A DNA stretch of 19,954 nucleotides from a virus (Duplodnaviria > Heunggongvirae > Uroviricota > Caudoviricetes), in IMG/VR virus record IMGVR_UViG_2534681899_000007; one strand, given 5' to 3'. The position numbers and the translations under genes are program-made. Under the pieces are notes generated by a model that saw only the letters and a list, made by a program, of their open reading frames with translations, was not told the DNA's origin and did not search any database. Shown here one piece after another: positions 16,734-19,954 of the stretch; position 1 is the stretch's first letter, and each line of letters begins with the position of its first letter.

Positions 16734-17612
16734 ATGAAAAGTATAGCAAAGGCACAAAACGATTTCACCATCTTCAAATTCGGCGACAGTGAAATCCGCG
16801 TCATCAACAAGTGCGGTGAGCCGTGGTTTGTAGCTAAAGATGTTTGTGATGCTTTAGATTTGACTAACTCACGCAAGGCGCTTACTGCACTTGATGACGA
16901 TGAAAAGGGAGTAACTTTAAGTTACACCCTTGGTGGTGAGCAGAATCTAAGCATTGTGAGCGAATCAGGTATGTATACATTGGTTCTGCGCTGCCGCGAT
17001 GCAGTCAATAAAGGTTCAGTCCCGCACAAATTCCGCAAGTGGGTAACAGCAGAAGTTCTGCCTTCAATTCGCAAACATGGCGAGTATGTAAAAGGAAAGA
17101 AAACCACTGTTGAGGAAAGAACACCGCTACGCGATGCAGTAAACATGCTGGTAGGAAAGAAAGGACTTCGCTATGACGATGCATACAATATGGTTCATCA
17201 GCGTTTTGGTATTGACAGCATTGATGAACTTTCAATTGAACAAATCCCGCTGGCCGTAGAGTACATCCACAGGGTAGTGCTTGAAGGTGAGTTCATTGGC
17301 AAACAAGAGAAGAAAACCAACTAGCTTTCTGCAAAAGAAGCAAACAGCCTTGTATGGTTATGGGATTATGCCAACCGCTCACAGGCATTATTCCGCGAAC
17401 TGTATCCGGCGCTAAAACAAATTCAATCGAACTATTCCGGCAGATGCTACGACTACGGTCATGAATTCTCGTATGTTATCGGAATGGCGAGAGACGTTTT
17501 AATAAACCACACACGAGATGTTGATATCAATGAGCCAGACGGACCAACGAATCTTTCCGCATGGATGAGACTTAAGAATAAAGAATTACCTCCTTCAGTA
17601 CATAACTACTGA
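16734..17612 (+). pseudogene. ant: Antirepressor Ant (Bro-N domain) interrupted by an in-frame amber codon at 17322-17324
   Basis: 196-aa N-terminal ORF with a Bro-N-like motif ([16 protein letters not shown]). After the TAG the same frame stays open for 95 further codons to TGA at 17610-17612, giving about 292 codons in total; P22 Ant is about 300 aa. Confidence 0.75.
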
Positions 17613-17630
17613 CAGATAACCAACGCAACG

Positions 17631-17656
17631 ACCCAGCTTCGGCTGGGTTTTTTTAT
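17631..17656 (+). terminator. Intrinsic terminator downstream of the full-length ant frame
   Basis: ACCCAGC-TTCG-GCTGGGT hairpin followed by TTTTTTT. Confidence 0.7.
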
Positions 17657-17713
17657 GCCCAAAATTCACCGTAGCTACGCTGCGGCGATTCCTTGTATCT
17701 GGAGCAAATTAAA

Positions 17714-19954
17714 ATGACAGATTCAATAAATGCCAATGTTGTGGTAAGCATGCCTTCGCAACTCTTCACTATGGCGCGTTCTTTTAAAGCGGTTGCCAAT
17801 GGCAAAATTTATATCGGTAAAATTGACACTGACCCGGTAAATCCTGAAAACCAGATTCAGGTTTATTTAGAGAACGAAGACGGCTCTCACGTTCCTGTAT
17901 CGCAACCAATCATCATTAACGCTGCTGGTTACCCGGTATATAACGGACAGATTGCCAAATTCGTTACTGTACATGGCCATTCTATGGCTGTTTATGATGC
18001 GTACGGTGCTCAGCAGTTCTATTTTCCTAATGTGTTGAAGTATGACCCTGACCAACTCAGGCAAGATCTTGCATCTCAAGGCGGTGTTAATCTGGTAAAC
18101 GGAGCTATCTCACAGGAAGATCTTGTTTTGCAGTCGATCACAAAAATCCCAAGTTATGATAATTCTAACGTAGTCCAGGCGTGGCGCGATAGTGTTGCTA
18201 CCTACGGGTATGTTTACTTTTCTAATCATTCAAAAAATCAGATGGTGTACACCGTACCGTCTACAGCTGCTAACGCTTCTTCCCTTGCGAACAGTAAAGT
18301 AATCATTGATAAAAATGTCACCCTGAGATTCGACAGTGATCTGTACTCACTGTTTAAATCGTTGCAGTACGAGGGGGAGGGTACGTTTGAATTTACGCAC
18401 CTGAACTTTAAAGCAACCGGTGGAGAAGTGGATTACCTGGCTAAGCAGGCCATCCTCAACCGAAACCCTATTCGCATGAAGCGAGTGGAATGGTCAGATT
18501 GTAAAGTTTATTCCATAAATGGTGACACGTTCTTCTATGAAGGTGAAGTCACCATATCCTCAGATAGCGCAGCTGTCGTCGCCTTAACTACTAACTATGC
18601 AACAGGCCTGTTCGCACCAATAGATATTGGTGAGCATATTTCTGCACATATTCGCATGGAATCTCAGGCCGCCTCAGAAGTTGGGATTGTTCTGCGATGC
18701 TCTGGTGGTTGGATGATGTTCTATGGGGCACCAGGTGCTACACAGTGGTCTTATAGACAGAAACCAATTGGTGGTCCAGTAGCAGAAGGAACTCCATTCC
18801 CGCTGCCAGGAGGTTTACTGTCGTACGCCCCGGGCAAAGCAACCGTTGGCGTATCACTGCAAGGTAAAAACTGGGCGCAGATAACGATGAATGGCGTTGG
18901 GATACGTTTGCCCTTTGATACTGGTGATGTAGGGGATGTATACGAAGTTGGGTTTGTTGCACTGACCCCGGCATCTGGAGGTTCTGCGCGAGTAACTGGA
19001 TTATGCAGCTACACCTCTGATAATGGCGTGCACGGTAAGCCTCCACTTAATATCCTTATCCACGGTGATAGTACAGCTGAGGATTTCATTTCCGCGTTCA
19101 GCTCGTACATTCCGCAATTAATGGATGGAGCGAACGGCCACCGTTCATATAGCCTTGTAAACAAGGCGGTTGCCGGACAGACAATGAGGCAACAGTTAGA
19201 TCTCCTGAAGGCTCAGGGGCCGGGTGATGCTTACATCGTTATTATGGTTGCCGGAACTAACGAAGGGCAGGCAAACCAAAACGGCGATTATATGGCGGCA
19301 CTGATAGATGAGTTTGTCTTATATTGCAATGGCCTTGGTCGTATCCCTGTTTGGGTTGAGCCGTGGATGTGGTATAGCCAGTCATTTATTGGAGGGGCTG
19401 GTCAGCCATCTTCTAACTACGACGGTGTCGCAGAGTTGCGAGAAGCTGGTAAACGCCAGATGATGAAATATGGCAATAACGTCATTTGTGTAACAACAAC
19501 TCACCAGCTCCCGGCCCCATATCCAGAGTATTTCAACACGCAATACGACCCACTTCTGCGTGATGACATTCACCAAAGCCAGTTAGGGTATCGTCTGTAT
19601 GCGGAAATTATCTGCTCTGCCATTATCGACTGGTGGTCGCGTGTTGATTACACGCCAAGAGCAGCTGTTCAATGGTGGGCTGGAACAAACGTAACAGTAC
19701 AGGCACCGTCAAGTTTAACTGCCAATTCAATTAATATTAAACTGGCAGCCACTTCATTTGCGAATGGCAATACTGTTCTAACGCTTCCGAGGTGGTGCAG
19801 ACCAAAAGTAACCAAAAATGTCCCTGTACCGTTCACTGCTGATGGCGTTTCATTTGGTATGGCAATGGCCACCATTAATGCTTCAACAGGACAAATATCG
19901 ATTGAAGGGTCCACAACTACATCTCCAACGTTCTACATAGATGCGACATGGTAG
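17714..19954 (+). CDS. Tailspike: P22-type head-binding N-terminal domain fused to a different receptor-binding region containing an SGNH/GDSL hydrolase-like domain
   Basis: N-terminus [35 protein letters not shown]...NVLKYDPDQ resembles the P22 gp9 head-binding domain. The downstream sequence is unrelated to the P22 endorhamnosidase and carries GDS (19064-19072), GTNE (19253-19264) and DDIH (19562-19573). Start chosen at the ATG after a GGAG Shine-Dalgarno, not at 17693. The stop is the last codon of the window. Confidence 0.88.
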   Translation: MTDSINANVVVSMPSQLFTMARSFKAVANGKIYIGKIDTDPVNPENQIQVYLENEDGSHVPVSQPIIINAAGYPVYNGQIAKFVTVHGHSMAVYDAYGAQQFYFPNVLKYDPDQLRQDLASQGGVNLVNGAISQEDLVLQSITKIPSYDNSNVVQAWRDSVATYGYVYFSNHSKNQMVYTVPSTAANASSLANSKVIIDKNVTLRFDSDLYSLFKSLQYEGEGTFEFTHLNFKATGGEVDYLAKQAILNRNPIRMKRVEWSDCKVYSINGDTFFYEGEVTISSDSAAVVALTTNYATGLFAPIDIGEHISAHIRMESQAASEVGIVLRCSGGWMMFYGAPGATQWSYRQKPIGGPVAEGTPFPLPGGLLSYAPGKATVGVSLQGKNWAQITMNGVGIRLPFDTGDVGDVYEVGFVALTPASGGSARVTGLCSYTSDNGVHGKPPLNILIHGDSTAEDFISAFSSYIPQLMDGANGHRSYSLVNKAVAGQTMRQQLDLLKAQGPGDAYIVIMVAGTNEGQANQNGDYMAALIDEFVLYCNGLGRIPVWVEPWMWYSQSFIGGAGQPSSNYDGVAELREAGKRQMMKYGNNVICVTTTHQLPAPYPEYFNTQYDPLLRDDIHQSQLGYRLYAEIICSAIIDWWSRVDYTPRAAVQWWAGTNVTVQAPSSLTANSINIKLAATSFANGNTVLTLPRWCRPKVTKNVPVPFTADGVSFGMAMATINASTGQISIEGSTTTSPTFYIDATW

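Larger units (their letters stand above)
1331..19954. mobile_element. Defective lambdoid prophage, left end: lambda-type integration module with P22-like late/immI modules; right end lies beyond the window
   Basis: The att core and P' arm are followed by int and xis. P22-like portal, gp10, gp26, gp14, gp7, gp20, gp16, mnt, arc, ant and tailspike are present in P22 order. Several essential genes are truncated or missing. Confidence 0.9.

Noticed and set aside
16922-17235. Minus-strand ORFs (74 and 76 aa) inside ant
   Set aside because: Antisense to the Bro-N antirepressor frame, with Cys/His-rich low-complexity translations.
17693-17713. Upstream ATG as tailspike start
   Set aside because: The GGAG Shine-Dalgarno lies within these codons, and the P22-type N-terminus begins at the second ATG (17714).
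1-19954. tRNA, rRNA, CRISPR repeats or IS-element terminal inverted repeats
   Set aside because: No cloverleaf-like conserved tRNA motifs, no regularly spaced direct repeats and no transposase-like ORF were seen. The integration site is the intergenic lambda attB, not a tRNA gene.

Overview
This window is the left junction of a lambdoid prophage integrated at the lambda-type attB site, plus about 18.6 kb of the prophage body. Bases 1-1284 (minus) encode the chromosomal lipoprotein YbhC; 1331-1345 is the 15-bp lambda att core, followed by a phage P' arm (attL) and lambda-type int/xis. The prophage is a heavily decayed mosaic with P22-like late genes. It carries a leftward operon of about 9 small accessory ORFs, then a 5'-truncated DnaQ-like exonuclease abutting a 5'-truncated DnaB-like helicase, so the immunity and replication-initiation region is deleted. 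Only the C-terminal nuclease domain of the large terminase remains, and a shortened portal gene is joined directly to the gp10-gp26-gp14-gp7-gp20-gp16 genes, so scaffold, coat and gp4 are missing. An immI region follows (mnt, arc, ant interrupted by an in-frame amber codon, operators intact), then a complete tailspike whose receptor-binding part carries SGNH/GDSL hydrolase motifs. The most interesting candidate is a pair of AT-rich genes for small Sec-exported proteins translationally coupled to mnt, in the slot where P22 carries sieA; this may be a lysogen-expressed envelope protection or immunity module. No tRNA, rRNA, CRISPR array or IS element was recognised. All identifications come from reading the sequence and from recalled protein families and phage gene order; no database search was run.
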